Source: Promethearchaeota archaeon
Lineage (GTDB): Archaea > Asgardarchaeota > Lokiarchaeia > Sigyniarchaeales > SOKP01
DNA length: 64,000 nt
Assembly: GCA_048941385.1 (NCBI GenBank)
Contig: JBHLNR010000002.1
Location: forward strand, 1,506 to 65,505
Direction: 5' to 3'
Below the pieces are notes generated by a model. It was given only the letters and a program-made list of their open reading frames with translations, was not told the origin of the DNA and made no database searches. Below, one piece after another: positions 1 to 10,850 of this stretch; position 1 is the first letter of the stretch, and every line of letters begins with the position of its first letter. Position numbers and translations under genes: made by a program.

Positions 1-49
1 ACAACAAATAGATTCTGAGGAGCAGGCGACCAAAAAAGTTTCAATAAAC

Positions 50-841
50 GTGTGGTATAGACACATGTTAATAATGGTTTATCCTTTATCTTCATCATTA
101 ATTATTTCCAGTATTCTCACAGATATAAATCTCTATATACTTGTTATTGGACTAGTACCAGGTCTAATTATAATGTGGGTAATAGGATACATTACATTGG
201 TAAGGAGTGTGACTCCTTTTGCAGAACAAGGAGAAAGGGATCTTAGGCGGGCATTTCATAATATACTACCAATTCTTATCGCTCCAATTGTAGATTTTAT
301 TGGAAGAACATTCTTTAATTTCTCAGTTCCAGAATTATTTCTTCTTTTCGGACTTATTTTTAGCATTTGGTTGGCATTAAGGTTTAGTAGAATGAACTTC
401 TCTAATATAAATGCCATATCAAAAAAAATGAAGATCTGGCGATTTCCATTGATTATATTTTCAATGTTTTTATTTTTAGAAGTATTTGTCGTTTCAGGTG
501 CTCCTGAAGAAATTGCCAGTATAGATTTATCTGTTTTTCTATTAATATTGATTGGTTTCTTTCTTGGTTTTGCTACAGGACGAATTCAACTCCCAATCTC
601 CATCTTAATTCCCATTTATTTAGCACAATTTACAGTACTTATCATGCCACTCTTGGATTTTATCTTTATTTATACATCAATTTCCTTAGGATACCTGATT
701 ACTCCGCTTCATCCCTGTGTTGCCTATAGTACTGAATATTTTGAAACAGATTTTATTAAAGTCGTAAAAATCTTGGGTATACCGATTTTTCTCTCTTTTA
801 TAGTATTGCTTGGATTATACAGTATTTTGTTTTTATTTTAA
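50..841 (+). CDS. Polytopic integral membrane protein. The 5' end may be truncated by the window.
   Basis: The 263-aa ORF is almost entirely hydrophobic segments (several predicted TM helices). The same frame is open from nt 2 with no stop, so the gene may start upstream of the window. Confidence 0.5.
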   Translation: MWYRHMLIMVYPLSSSLIISSILTDINLYILVIGLVPGLIIMWVIGYITLVRSVTPFAEQGERDLRRAFHNILPILIAPIVDFIGRTFFNFSVPELFLLFGLIFSIWLALRFSRMNFSNINAISKKMKIWRFPLIIFSMFLFLEVFVVSGAPEEIASIDLSVFLLILIGFFLGFATGRIQLPISILIPIYLAQFTVLIMPLLDFIFIYTSISLGYLITPLHPCVAYSTEYFETDFIKVVKILGIPIFLSFIVLLGLYSILFLF

Positions 842-1390
842 AGGTACACTTTTTTTTTCAAATCTTTTGAGACGAAATAAAAATCCTGGAAGCCATAATA
901 TTATTCCTAATAAGGCACCTAATAAAAAAGTAAGAGGATCTCCCCATAAAAATATTTTATATATAGCAGTCAAAAAGAATACTACCACACCAATTAAAAA
1001 CCTTAATATATGTTGAAACCTATTTTGAACTGCTTGAAACAAAAGAAAAAATGAAATTAAAATTGCATGTCCACTGAATGGAATAGCTATGATGTATCTA
1101 ACGAAAGAAACTAATCCAATAACACCGCATTCAGTAAGTAATAAGAGGTATTCTCCTCGTTTGTGTTTTTCATTCCACATCCAAAAACCTTCTCCTAATA
1201 AAATCCCATATGGAAGGAATATTGGAATCATATACAAAGGAGGGGTAACAATATCCAAAGTTTCAGTTGGAGTAGAAACTAAAGGATATCCTCTAATAGA
1301 GAAAAAAATAATTGAAAGGATTGTTAAAATTATACCTGAGCCATAAACGATAACTATTTCCCTGATAGAAGGTTGCAAATTGGTTAACAT
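833..1390 (-). CDS. Integral membrane protein, function unknown
   Basis: The 185-aa ORF has about 5 hydrophobic helices. It is convergent with the previous gene and overlaps it slightly. Confidence 0.45.
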   Translation of the reverse strand: MLTNLQPSIREIVIVYGSGIILTILSIIFFSIRGYPLVSTPTETLDIVTPPLYMIPIFLPYGILLGEGFWMWNEKHKRGEYLLLLTECGVIGLVSFVRYIIAIPFSGHAILISFFLLFQAVQNRFQHILRFLIGVVVFFLTAIYKIFLWGDPLTFLLGALLGIILWLPGFLFRLKRFEKKSVPLK

Positions 1391-1427
1391 GTTAATCTAA
1401 TTTTAAAACATCTTACTTTTCTATGTA

Positions 1428-1769
1428 CTAGGTCATCTGTTTAAACAAGGCTCGAAATTCTTCCCTAACAGCTGTCAATCCTAAGTTTTCAAGTAAATTG
1501 ATAGATTTTTTACTAAGTGAATAGAAGGATCGAGGTTCAGAGCGTTTATATTCTACTTTTTTCTCATTTTTGATAAAATTATTATCTTTTAGCACTTTAA
1601 GATGATAATTTAAGCTATTTTCAGGAATTGAGGGCAATAAATCCCTCAGTTGACTGAATGAGAGAGACTTTTCGCTTGCTAATAAAGTTAATAAAATTTT
1701 ATACCGTGTTTTTTCCGATATTATTTCCAATTCTTTTCTCATATTTTCCAGTTTTTTTGGAGTTTCCAA
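1428..1769 (-). CDS. ArsR-like winged-helix transcriptional regulator
   Basis: 113 aa. The segment YKILLTLLASEKSLSFSQLRDLLPSIPENSLNYHLKVLKDNNFI is a typical ArsR/SmtB HTH plus wing pattern. Confidence 0.6.
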   Translation of the reverse strand: METPKKLENMRKELEIISEKTRYKILLTLLASEKSLSFSQLRDLLPSIPENSLNYHLKVLKDNNFIKNEKKVEYKRSEPRSFYSLSKKSINLLENLGLTAVREEFRALFKQMT

Positions 1770-1942
1770 ATCAATTACCTCTATTCATTTAAATGCGTTC
1801 ATTTCATTTAATTCCATGTTAAATATGGATAGGCGCATATTTAAATTTAACTCAAAAATAATTGAGTCAATCATTATTGGTATATAATAATTTATAGTAT
1901 AAATGAATTTCTAAATTACTTTATATAAATTGGGGGAAGAGA

Positions 1943-2434
1943 ATGGAAGTTTCACACGATAGTGCGTGGGATGATTTTTTAGATGAGTTTACAAATATCT
2001 TTTCTGTTTATGATTTGATAAAAAACAAAATCTTCATTTGTGGCTCATACAGCGAAAGTACATTCATTACTCTTCAAGAAGTACAAAAAATTGTAAATAA
2101 TATAGAGAATAACCTTGGGATTTTTGAAAAAGAATTTAGGCGTACTCATCTTGAGAATTTGATCTTGAAATTTGATCTTATCGCAAAATTCTCGAATGAA
2201 ATTCTTATGGTTATAGAGCACGATAAAGGAGGTCACATGATTGAAATGGGAATTATCCTCTCCTTTAAAGAATTTTTTGAAAAAACGAAAGTATTTGTAT
2301 TAAAAGATGTAGAAATTACTGAAGTGCTGAAAAGGGGAGGACTATTAACACCCTTCTTTAAGGAAGGTGAATCCTTATTTTATTTTGAAGATATTGAAAC
2401 CTTGAAAAATTGTGTGAGAAAGCTATATTCTTAA
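1943..2434 (+). CDS. Hypothetical protein
   Basis: Clean 163-aa ORF with GGGGGA purine-rich SD-like sequence just upstream. No motif recognised. Confidence 0.4.
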   Translation: MEVSHDSAWDDFLDEFTNIFSVYDLIKNKIFICGSYSESTFITLQEVQKIVNNIENNLGIFEKEFRRTHLENLILKFDLIAKFSNEILMVIEHDKGGHMIEMGIILSFKEFFEKTKVFVLKDVEITEVLKRGGLLTPFFKEGESLFYFEDIETLKNCVRKLYS

Positions 2435-2574
2435 AACTAGTAACCTTGAATAAAATTTCAAAAGAAAGCTTAAATAGAGTTAAATCTTAATTAAACATTG
2501 GTATAAAATCTAATGATAGCAAAATTAGGTTTAAATCAATAGATACCATAATTAAAATAAGGTGGAATGAAATA

Positions 2575-2958
2575 ATGAGAGATTTAACAGTAATTTTGAA
2601 AAATCAACCAGGTATGTTAGCAGATATGGGGGAAGCTTTAGGTAAAAATGGTATTAATATGGAAGGATTGTGTGGATTTCCTCAAAACGATGAAGGAATC
2701 ATTCATATTTTAGTAGAAGATGAAACTACGACCAAATGGGTTTTAGAGAATGAAGGATTTGAAGTAAGGGCCATTCGTGAAGTGCTTGTTTTGGACATCG
2801 GGAATATTGCAGGAAAACCCGGCACCGGAGGGAAGATGGCTCGAAGAATAGGTAAGGCAGGGGTGAATATAGATCTTATTTATTTAGCTGAGAATAACAG
2901 AATAGTAATTGGAGTTGATAATTTAGAAAAAGCTCGTGAAGCTTTAGACATAAAATAG
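2575..2958 (+). CDS. ACT-domain (amino-acid-binding) regulatory protein
   Basis: 127 aa. The opening LTVILKNQPGMLADMGEALGKNGINM is typical of ACT domains, and a second similar half is present (GKPGTGGKMARRIGKAGVNIDLIY). Confidence 0.55.
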   Translation: MRDLTVILKNQPGMLADMGEALGKNGINMEGLCGFPQNDEGIIHILVEDETTTKWVLENEGFEVRAIREVLVLDIGNIAGKPGTGGKMARRIGKAGVNIDLIYLAENNRIVIGVDNLEKAREALDIK

Positions 2959-3287
2959 ATACGGAAAAGTATGTAAATAATAATTTTATTCTCAATTTTA
3001 TTTTTTAATACATAAACAAAAGAATTTTTCTTGAATATGTCAAAGAGAAATTTAATGGACTTAATTCAAAAATAGATTTTACTAATAAAGTAATATCTAA
3101 AGCTATATTGTATCAGTTTCTTATATCAAATAAATCCAGTATAGATAAAAAGAAACCTATTGAGAAAATTTACAAGTTATAAAGATTAAAGATTAAGTGT
3201 ATCCCTTCGAGAAAAGAAAGATATAAATAAAATGAGTACCTTGTATGAGACTATAGAGACCATCTATTAATAAGAGGATAAAAACTA

Positions 3288-3677
3288 ATGGTAAGATGTA
3301 TATATTGTAAGAATGAGATTCCCCCGGGAGTAAGTAGCTGTCCCTATTGTCTGGACGAATCAAAGCCTAAGGAAGTGTCAACTTCAAAGAGTGGGGTGGT
3401 GTTAGGGATTCTGGGAGGGACTCTCTCAATACTTATTGGAGTGCTGTTGTTGGTATTATATCCTGAATTTCAAATATTCGGGAGTTTATTTTTGACAATT
3501 TTTCAAACTGTATTAATTTTGGGGGGTATTCTTGCGATTTCTGGATCAATCCTGCATTTATTGGCGAAGAATCTTATGATTGCAAAGCAGGCATGGATTT
3601 TTGTATTGTTAGGGGCAATCTTAGGGGGAGGTAATGTTTTCTCTATTTTTGCGGCAGTGAAACTAAAAAAAAGTTGA
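3288..3677 (+). CDS. Zinc-ribbon membrane protein
   Basis: N-terminal CxxC-x9-CxxC (CIYCKN...CPYC) followed by three hydrophobic helices. Confidence 0.5.
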   Translation: MVRCIYCKNEIPPGVSSCPYCLDESKPKEVSTSKSGVVLGILGGTLSILIGVLLLVLYPEFQIFGSLFLTIFQTVLILGGILAISGSILHLLAKNLMIAKQAWIFVLLGAILGGGNVFSIFAAVKLKKS

Positions 3678-3797
3678 TTCGGTGGGATTTTTTAAAATCT
3701 TGTTATGATATATGTGGAGAGTGGTTATAGAGGGTTAGGAGAACAAAGAAAAACTTGGTTAAAAAAAAATTGATGGAAATTAATCCTAATTAGATAC

Positions 3798-4118
3798 TTA
3801 TGCCGGTATTGCTAATCCTATTGATTCCATGGCTTCCATTGCTGTTGCCATAGTATCTATTCTACAATTCAACCCATCAACTTCCGCGTAGAGGTTTAAA
3901 ATGTTACCGGCCCGTTCATAAGCTCGTTCAAATTTACCTTCTACAACTTCAAAAACAGAGATACCTTTAATGCCATTTTTGGTTCTCATTAATCCTCCAG
4001 GGAGAATTGTTTTCATTATTGTCTCATCTTCAGGAAATTGTTCCATTACGTCAAGTGCTTTTTTTCCAACCTCCATTGATTTGCTTGCAGGAAACCATAC
4101 TGTTAATAATATATACAT
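3798..4118 (-). CDS. Hypothetical small soluble protein
   Basis: 106-aa ORF with no recognised motif. The overlapping + strand ORF 3970..4176 looks like a shadow. Confidence 0.4.
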   Translation of the reverse strand: MYILLTVWFPASKSMEVGKKALDVMEQFPEDETIMKTILPGGLMRTKNGIKGISVFEVVEGKFERAYERAGNILNLYAEVDGLNCRIDTMATAMEAMESIGLAIPA

Positions 4119-4253
4119 TTTTTCTTACCCTCCATATAAATTCTCTAACAAAATTGTAAATTTGTTAGCAAACTAAATATTGATAGTTTCCCCTTTAAAT
4201 TTTTACATTTCTTTTAAAAACTTTCAACCGTAAAAATATATAAAAACTAGTGG

Positions 4254-5750
4254 TTAACGTTGAATAAATTTCTGATATTCATGGAGTTTCTTCAATACAA
4301 CTGCAGCAATTTCAAGATTCCCCCCAAATACCATGATTTGATTTTCATCATATTTATCAAAAGTAGGATTGCCAAGACTTGGTGTTAATGAAATATATAG
4401 TATCTTTTTATCCGGATGCTCCTTACAGATTTTGATTTCTTCCTCAGCTATTTGATCAAATCCCCCACGTTGCCTAGATACCATTAATTCTTTCAATTTT
4501 TTACCAGCTTCGTTATCTGGCTTCAACAAATTTACTCTTTCGAGAAAAGTGGCGCCAGTCATCGTAAAGATTACATCAAAACAGTCAGAATTTACCATAA
4601 GGTCCATTACTTTATTGAAGGCAAAAGGGTTATTTGTAGCAACCATATCAATCGGATTATTTTGACTCCAATAGAAAGGGAGGTGTTCTGAAATATCTTT
4701 TATAAGTTTTGGTCCATTTGGCTCTAAATTTAAGTCAACTACATTTATTCCATGTTTTTCACATAAATCAGTTAAATGCACACCCATACCGCCTCCACCA
4801 CTTATAATACCTACTCGTAGAGGATCACTGTTGGGAAGTGGGAGAAGATATTGTGCTCCCTTGACTAAATAGATGAAATCAGTTACCTGTTCGGTATATA
4901 TTACACCAGTTTGTTTACAAACAGATTTGTATATATCTACTGAACCTGCGATTGAACCAGTATGACTATTAGCTGCTCTTGCACCAGTTTTAGTAATACC
5001 TGCTTTGAAAATAATAATGGGTTTTTTTTTCGTTGTTTCTGTACATAATTCCTTAAATCGTTTACCTGCCCGTAATCCTTCAGCAAATAGAGCTATTGTT
5101 TTTGTTCCCTTATCTTGAGCATAATATTGTAAATAATCTTCAAGAGTTAAAGATGCTTCATTCCCACTCGATACGAAATATCTTATCCCTTGCAACGCAC
5201 CGCATAGAATTGTACCCATTGTCCCTGATTGAGAAACTATAGAAACATTCCCAGGTTTTGGAAGCATAAACCCAAAACCTAAATGAATAGGAGAATTGTT
5301 ATCTTCTGAACTGTAGAACCCCATAGAATTTGGACCCACATAAATTAAACCTCCCTTTTCAGCTGTTTTTGCCAATTCCTTGTTTTCTTCTTGTCTTTCC
5401 TCAGTTTTTACTTCCCCAAATCCTGCTGTAATTATAGCCGCTGTCCTAACATCATTTTCTATAGCCTGTTTTACAGCATCTACCACTGCATTTGGGGGAA
5501 CCACAATTCCAACTAAATCAATCTTTTCGGGGCATTTATCGAGAGATGGAAAAACATCAAATCCTAATATCTTCCTATTTTGATATCTTGGACTTGGGTT
5601 TATTGGATAAATCTTTTTTGTAAATCCACACCCTAATAGATTGATTCCAACAAAAAAACCGATTTTTGGTTTATTAGTAGCTCCTATAATCGCAACGTTT
5701 TTAGGATTAAACATAGTTTTCATAAGATCTAATTTCTCTTCAACATCCAT
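4254..5750 (-). CDS. ADP-forming acyl-CoA synthetase, alpha-type subunit (CoA-binding plus succinyl-CoA-synthetase-alpha-like domains)
   Basis: Motifs present: NVAIIGATNKP (CoA-binding Rossmann), GPNSMG, SQSGTMG, and NSHTGSIAGS, which resembles the phosphohistidine loop of ACD/SCS alpha. No ATP-grasp beta subunit lies adjacent. Confidence 0.7.
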   Translation of the reverse strand: MDVEEKLDLMKTMFNPKNVAIIGATNKPKIGFFVGINLLGCGFTKKIYPINPSPRYQNRKILGFDVFPSLDKCPEKIDLVGIVVPPNAVVDAVKQAIENDVRTAAIITAGFGEVKTEERQEENKELAKTAEKGGLIYVGPNSMGFYSSEDNNSPIHLGFGFMLPKPGNVSIVSQSGTMGTILCGALQGIRYFVSSGNEASLTLEDYLQYYAQDKGTKTIALFAEGLRAGKRFKELCTETTKKKPIIIFKAGITKTGARAANSHTGSIAGSVDIYKSVCKQTGVIYTEQVTDFIYLVKGAQYLLPLPNSDPLRVGIISGGGGMGVHLTDLCEKHGINVVDLNLEPNGPKLIKDISEHLPFYWSQNNPIDMVATNNPFAFNKVMDLMVNSDCFDVIFTMTGATFLERVNLLKPDNEAGKKLKELMVSRQRGGFDQIAEEEIKICKEHPDKKILYISLTPSLGNPTFDKYDENQIMVFGGNLEIAAVVLKKLHEYQKFIQR

Positions 5751-6032
5751 TACACAATTCTCCTTTTATAAATATTGAATTTATAATTAAATATGTAAAA
5801 AGATTGATAATTAAAGAAGTAAATGATTATAATCCCTTTTTAGACTTATTTGAATAACTTGAGCACCCTAAATAGATTTCTGACCTAAAATAGTAAGGTG
5901 AACAAAATCAATAAATAATTAATATTCTAAATAATTTGAATAATAAATAGATAATGACTGTTTTGTAGTCTATTATCTCATTTTATACACAAAGATTATT
6001 TCTCTATTTAATATAAAAAAGAGGTACAAAAA

Positions 6033-7511
6033 ATGAGAACAAAAGAAGACTTTATGAAAGCAATAGGTAAAATGAAGAATAATATTTTCTTTAATGGTGA
6101 AAGGATTGATCGATTAGATGAAAGGCAGATGGATTGTATTAATACCATAGGAACTACTTATGATGTAGTTGATGATCCCGATTTTAAGGATTTAATCTTT
6201 GCTAAATCTCATTTAACTGGCGACATTATTAACCGTTTTACACATATACACCAAAATACTGAAGATCTTCATAAAAAGCAAGATTTAACTCGAAAAATCT
6301 GTCAAAAAGTCGGAGGTTGCATACAACGATGCATGGGATGTGATGGTACTAATGCTGTATATAATGTTAGTTATGAAGCAGACAAATCTAACAATGGAGA
6401 AACAAATTATCATGAGAATTTTAAAAAATGGTTGGAACGATTTCAAAAGGAAGATTTAATTGCCGCCTGTGCTCAGACTGATGTTAAAGGAAATCGGATA
6501 AAACGACCTGCCGATCAAGAAGACCCAGATATGTATGTCCACGTAGTAGAAAAACGGGATGACGGAATTATTGTTCGAGGTTGTAAGCTTCATATTTCCG
6601 AAGCTTCTGTATCTGATGAGATAATTGTCGTTCCAACAAGGGCATTAAGACCAGAGGATAAAGATTATGCTGTTGCATTTGCAGTTCCCGGAGATTATGA
6701 AGGAGTTAAACAAGTAGTCACTATTCACAACCTTCGTGAGAGAGAGCATTTTAAACGCGGTTTTATGCCTGGAGCAACTGATTCCTATATAATTTTTGAT
6801 GATGTATTTGTACCATGGGAAAGAGTTTTTCTTTGCGGTGAATATCAACATGCTGGAACTTTAGCTTTATTATTTGCTTTGTTCCATCGACATAGTTATT
6901 CAGGATGTAAACCTGCAATAGGAGATCTAGTCGTAGGAACTGCGGCTTTAGCAGCAGAATATAATAATATTCATAGAGCTTCCCATGTGAGGAGTAAACT
7001 AGCAGAGTTAATAATGGTCACGGAATTAGGTTATGCTGCGGGATATACTGCTTCCGATTTAGGTAAGCCAGAAGTATATATGCCTGGTGTTGGATTTATT
7101 CCCTATGGACCTGGAAGTTATATTCCAAATTCAATTTATTGTAATGTCGGAAGATGCTTATCAGGAGAAAATGTTTTTCGTGAAGCGGAAATTATTGTTG
7201 ATCTTTCAGGAGGTATTCCAGCAACTTTTCCGCATGAAAGAGATTTTGTCAATCCGGAGTTAAGGGAACAGCTTTATAAGTATATTACCAGAAATCCTAA
7301 TATTTCACCTGAAAACGCTGCTCAGTTCTGGCGATATGTTGGTGACGTCTATTGTTCAGCAACAGGAGGAGTTCACCTTTTTGGAGCCTATCATGGTGGG
7401 GGCTCACCTGTTATGGAAAGTATAGCAATTACTACTCAATATGATATTGAGTCCAGAAAAGATATGGTAAAAAAAATCGCAGGAATTAATGATGAATTAA
7501 ATAAATCCTAA
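6033..7511 (+). CDS. abfD: 4-hydroxybutyryl-CoA dehydratase / vinylacetyl-CoA isomerase-like protein (HpaB/AbfD family)
   Basis: 492 aa. CIQRCMGC (CxxxC near residue 100) and HRHSYSGC (His and Cys 7 apart near residue 290) match the spacing of the AbfD [4Fe-4S] ligands as I recall them. Confidence 0.65.
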   Translation: MRTKEDFMKAIGKMKNNIFFNGERIDRLDERQMDCINTIGTTYDVVDDPDFKDLIFAKSHLTGDIINRFTHIHQNTEDLHKKQDLTRKICQKVGGCIQRCMGCDGTNAVYNVSYEADKSNNGETNYHENFKKWLERFQKEDLIAACAQTDVKGNRIKRPADQEDPDMYVHVVEKRDDGIIVRGCKLHISEASVSDEIIVVPTRALRPEDKDYAVAFAVPGDYEGVKQVVTIHNLREREHFKRGFMPGATDSYIIFDDVFVPWERVFLCGEYQHAGTLALLFALFHRHSYSGCKPAIGDLVVGTAALAAEYNNIHRASHVRSKLAELIMVTELGYAAGYTASDLGKPEVYMPGVGFIPYGPGSYIPNSIYCNVGRCLSGENVFREAEIIVDLSGGIPATFPHERDFVNPELREQLYKYITRNPNISPENAAQFWRYVGDVYCSATGGVHLFGAYHGGGSPVMESIAITTQYDIESRKDMVKKIAGINDELNKS

Positions 7512-7569
7512 ATCCAGAAAATCTAAATTTCTATTTATTTTTAATTCTTTTTTTCTTTTGAATTATTAT

Positions 7570-7998
7570 TTAGAAAAAATCCCCAATTAAGTTTAAAAAG
7601 CCTTCCTGTTCTAAAAATCTCTTAACCTGTGTTCTATTAGAACAATATTCCTTTAATATTTCTTGTTGAAAAATAATTTGAAATTTAGTTTCACCCACCC
7701 TACGTAGTTCTTTTAATAAGGGGAATGCAATTTTAAAATCCATATATTTAGTACTATAATCGTTTTTAGACCATGAAAGTAGATTAGTTAGTAAATTTTG
7801 ATAAGTTACATTTATCAAATCCTTTTTTTTATTTCTATTAAGAGGACCTCTTGTAATCATTGGTACACCTTTAATGCAAATTACAATATTAATCTCCTCC
7901 TTAGAATGGTCACATTTTTCACATTTCAAAGAAATATATTCGTTAATTTCATCAAACTTCATGATGTAATGGTTGTTTTGCATAAGATCTTCTTTCAT
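7570..7998 (-). CDS. Hypothetical protein, paralogous to the N-terminal part of the 11441..12328 product
   Basis: 142 aa. It shares the block IAFPLLKELRRVGETKF..FQQEILKEY with LAFPLLKKLTEAGDRLAKGIFKEEIAKRF in the 295-aa protein. Confidence 0.45.
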   Translation of the reverse strand: MKEDLMQNNHYIMKFDEINEYISLKCEKCDHSKEEINIVICIKGVPMITRGPLNRNKKKDLINVTYQNLLTNLLSWSKNDYSTKYMDFKIAFPLLKELRRVGETKFQIIFQQEILKEYCSNRTQVKRFLEQEGFLNLIGDFF

Positions 7999-8185
7999 TA
8001 ACTTTAAGCTCTAATTTTACCAAAAACCTTCTATCTGGTCTTGAGGTTTATACCTAATTACAGAAAAGGGGTAAAAGTCTTAAACTTTTAGCTTATTAAT
8101 TAAAATGAATTAAAAATACAATAAAAATTATTATCAATGCAAAATTGATTAATCATTATTATATCAGACCTTAAAATATTAATAG

Positions 8186-8677
8186 GTGATAACTATCTCT
8201 TATAAACGAGGGAAATATTATGAGGAATTTCAAGAGGGAGAAACCTATACAACCTCAAGGAGAACCTTAAGAGAAGCAGATTTGCTTAACTTTTGTAATT
8301 TATGCTGGTTTAATTTATCCATGTTTTTTGATGAAATATATGCTGAACACCAAATGCCATATAAAGCTCCAGTTTTTCCCGGACCATTTATTATTCCTTT
8401 AGCAATTGGCCTCTATTTAAAAACAGGTATTTATGAAAAGACTGTTATTGCGATGCAAGGAATTCAAAACCTTAAATTTAAAACGTCTCTTAGAGTTGGA
8501 GATACAATGGAAGTTGATGTTACTATCCTCACTAAGAATGAATCAAAAACCTATTCCGACAGAGGCATACTTATCTCATTATTCACTGTTAACAAGGTTA
8601 ATGCTAATCTAACAAAACAATTTATAATGTCTTTTGAGATGACTCATATGTTAAAAAAAAGCAATTTCAACATGTAG
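8186..8677 (+). CDS. MaoC-like (R)-specific enoyl-CoA hydratase / hot-dog fold dehydratase
   Basis: 163 aa. The N-terminus FQEGETYTTSRRTLREADLLNFCNL and a later KFKTSLRVGDT block are typical of MaoC dehydratase domains. The predicted start is GTG. Confidence 0.6.
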   Translation: MITISYKRGKYYEEFQEGETYTTSRRTLREADLLNFCNLCWFNLSMFFDEIYAEHQMPYKAPVFPGPFIIPLAIGLYLKTGIYEKTVIAMQGIQNLKFKTSLRVGDTMEVDVTILTKNESKTYSDRGILISLFTVNKVNANLTKQFIMSFEMTHMLKKSNFNM

Positions 8678-8712
8678 AAAACCTTAATAAAAAAAGCAGA
8701 TATACTATTCTA

Positions 8713-8886
8713 ATGAAATATAAAACCACAGTTTCTTTTTTGTTGTTTATATACACTACTATATTATATATTATTAGCGCTTCAGTATGTCATGTTACTA
8801 GAGCACCAACTTGTTATGCTATAACTTTTTTATTATTGATTTTAATGTTTTGCTTTATGTTCCTTTCTATAATTCGACTACTTTAA
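8713..8886 (+). CDS. Possible 57-aa two-TM micro-protein (below the ORF-track cut-off)
   Basis: ATG at 8713 and TAA at 8884-8886, giving MKYKTTVSFLLFIYTTILYIISAS...FLLLILMFCFMFLSIIRLL. It lies in an otherwise empty 290-bp gap. A hydrophobic reading of T-rich DNA may be fortuitous. Confidence 0.2.
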   Translation: MKYKTTVSFLLFIYTTILYIISASVCHVTRAPTCYAITFLLLILMFCFMFLSIIRLL

Positions 8887-8968
8887 ATTATTCAAAAATC
8901 TTAAATAGCTTTTGAGTCTTTAGAAATCAACCACATTTTTTTTTTGAATAGGTTATAAGGTTTTAAAT

Positions 8969-9514
8969 ATGATTGTTGCATCACCCTATAATGGAACAAC
9001 TCCATCTATTCATCCTACCGCATTTATAGCTAAAGATGCGGTGATTGTTGGGGATGTAGAGATCGGTGCTTATGTGAATATATGGTTTGGTGCGAAATTA
9101 CGAGGGGACTGGGGAAAAATTATAGTGGGGGAAAACACAAGTATCCAGGAAAATTGTGTAATCCATTCCACTGTTGGTGGGATATGTAAAATAGGTAAGA
9201 ACGTAACGCTTGGGCATTTATCAATGGTACATGGCCCTGCAACTATCGGTAATCAAACGTTAATTGGAATTAATGCTTCCGTTCTGATGGATTCAAATAT
9301 TGGGACTGGTGTAGTACTTGCGGGGGGATCTGTCATCAGAGGTAAGGCAGAAGATAATTGTCTTTATGCTGGTGTACCAGCAAAAAAAAAGAAAGAATAC
9401 CCAAGTAGAAGAATGGGTGAATGGGGATCTAATCTTTATGTAGAAAATGGTCAAAAATTTAAAGAAGCAGGACTCGGGCATGAAATTCCAGACGAGTTCC
9501 TTATGAGAAAATAA
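8969..9514 (+). CDS. Gamma-class carbonic anhydrase-like / left-handed beta-helix (hexapeptide repeat) protein
   Basis: Repeated [LIV]G-x4 hexapeptides are present (VIVGDVEIGAYVNIWFGAKL, IGKNVTLGHLSMVHGPATIGN). The length of 181 aa is typical of the family. Confidence 0.7.
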   Translation: MIVASPYNGTTPSIHPTAFIAKDAVIVGDVEIGAYVNIWFGAKLRGDWGKIIVGENTSIQENCVIHSTVGGICKIGKNVTLGHLSMVHGPATIGNQTLIGINASVLMDSNIGTGVVLAGGSVIRGKAEDNCLYAGVPAKKKKEYPSRRMGEWGSNLYVENGQKFKEAGLGHEIPDEFLMRK

Positions 9515-9569
9515 TATTTTGAAAAAGAAATATAATCTACTTCCTAAAGAAAAGTTAACTTCATTATTC

Positions 9570-10850
9570 TTAGGTTCTATAATCTACACGAGGAAGATTT
9601 TTCATTTCATAAGGAAGAGAAGCATCATCAGGGATTGGATTAATATATAAATCTCTGAATTCGTTATGTTGCATTCTACAGAAAGGACTTCGATGATTGT
9701 AAGCCGGATGTTTTACCATTCTCATCCATATATGCTTTAATGGTTCTTTTCTAATATTTCCAAACGACAAAGGGGTGAAATCGCATGGTGAAATGTCTCC
9801 GTAAGCAGAAGCATAATATTGAATGTTAGCTGCTAGGCAACCTATACCTGAAAGGTACGCTTCCACAGAATTCTGCCAAGCCTGAGAAGAGAGTGGAGGA
9901 ACTACTTTATTCTTAAATATTTCAGCCGAAAAGTCATGAAGTTCTTCTCTTAATTCATATGTTAGCATCTCACTTGTATCTTTCAACATATTACCTGTAG
10001 GAACGCAATCGAAGTAGATTATATTGTGAAGACCAAGTTCAGTTGCTAGTTCATGCAGCTTTTTATATACTCCCCTTTCTGTTCCAGAACGGGTTGCATA
10101 AGATGAAAAGCAAGCAAAAATTCCTTTCGCTTTAACTTTTTTTAGACCTTCAATAGCAGTTTCAAATAATTTGGGCATTCCTCGTAGTTTATTATGTTCT
10201 TCTGGATTAGGAGAATCAATACTTAAGAATAATGAATATAGTTCCGCTTCTGCTAGCTTTTCAACATTTTCATCTGTAAGAAATTGCCCATTTGTAAACA
10301 TAACAGGCATGGCCTTTTTCTTATCAACATGCGCAATAAGCTCAAAAATATCCTCTCGCAACAAAGGTTCTCCTCCGGTAAATGCTATAATGGATACACC
10401 TAATTTTTGAGCGTCATCAATCAATTTTTTAGCTTCCTCAGTAGACAGTTCTTTCCTATCCTTTCGGAGATGTCTTCCAGCGCTACAATGAACACATTTA
10501 CATTGACAATCATATGTAACAGCAAATGTCATCGCAACAGGCAAAGGATACGGCATTAATTGAGATTTTATCAATCCTTTTAGAGCACGTATCATAGGAC
10601 GACTCCCTACTGGAGGTGCAAAGGTATTAGCAACCATTTTACCTTTCCAATGACCAATAGTTTCATAATTTTTGTAAAAATTAGCTTGTAAGAGCATCAC
10701 TAAAAGTAAACGATATATTTTCAATCTATCAAGTAGTGGATTGAGGAGCCCAGTTCCTGCAATTTGACCATTTTTAAGCTTCTTATAACTTATAAGTTTT
10801 TGACCAAATAATTTTAGAAAAATATGTTCTTTTTCCATAGAAAATCTCAC
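9570..10850 (-). CDS. Radical SAM protein with C-terminal SPASM/twitch-like domain
   Basis: Motifs: CQCKCVHC cluster motif, GGEPLL SAM-binding motif, and a C-terminal GDISPCDF..FGNIRKEPLKHIW SPASM-like signature. There is a ~100-aa N-terminal extension. Confidence 0.7.
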   Translation of the reverse strand: MRFSMEKEHIFLKLFGQKLISYKKLKNGQIAGTGLLNPLLDRLKIYRLLLVMLLQANFYKNYETIGHWKGKMVANTFAPPVGSRPMIRALKGLIKSQLMPYPLPVAMTFAVTYDCQCKCVHCSAGRHLRKDRKELSTEEAKKLIDDAQKLGVSIIAFTGGEPLLREDIFELIAHVDKKKAMPVMFTNGQFLTDENVEKLAEAELYSLFLSIDSPNPEEHNKLRGMPKLFETAIEGLKKVKAKGIFACFSSYATRSGTERGVYKKLHELATELGLHNIIYFDCVPTGNMLKDTSEMLTYELREELHDFSAEIFKNKVVPPLSSQAWQNSVEAYLSGIGCLAANIQYYASAYGDISPCDFTPLSFGNIRKEPLKHIWMRMVKHPAYNHRSPFCRMQHNEFRDLYINPIPDDASLPYEMKNLPRVDYRT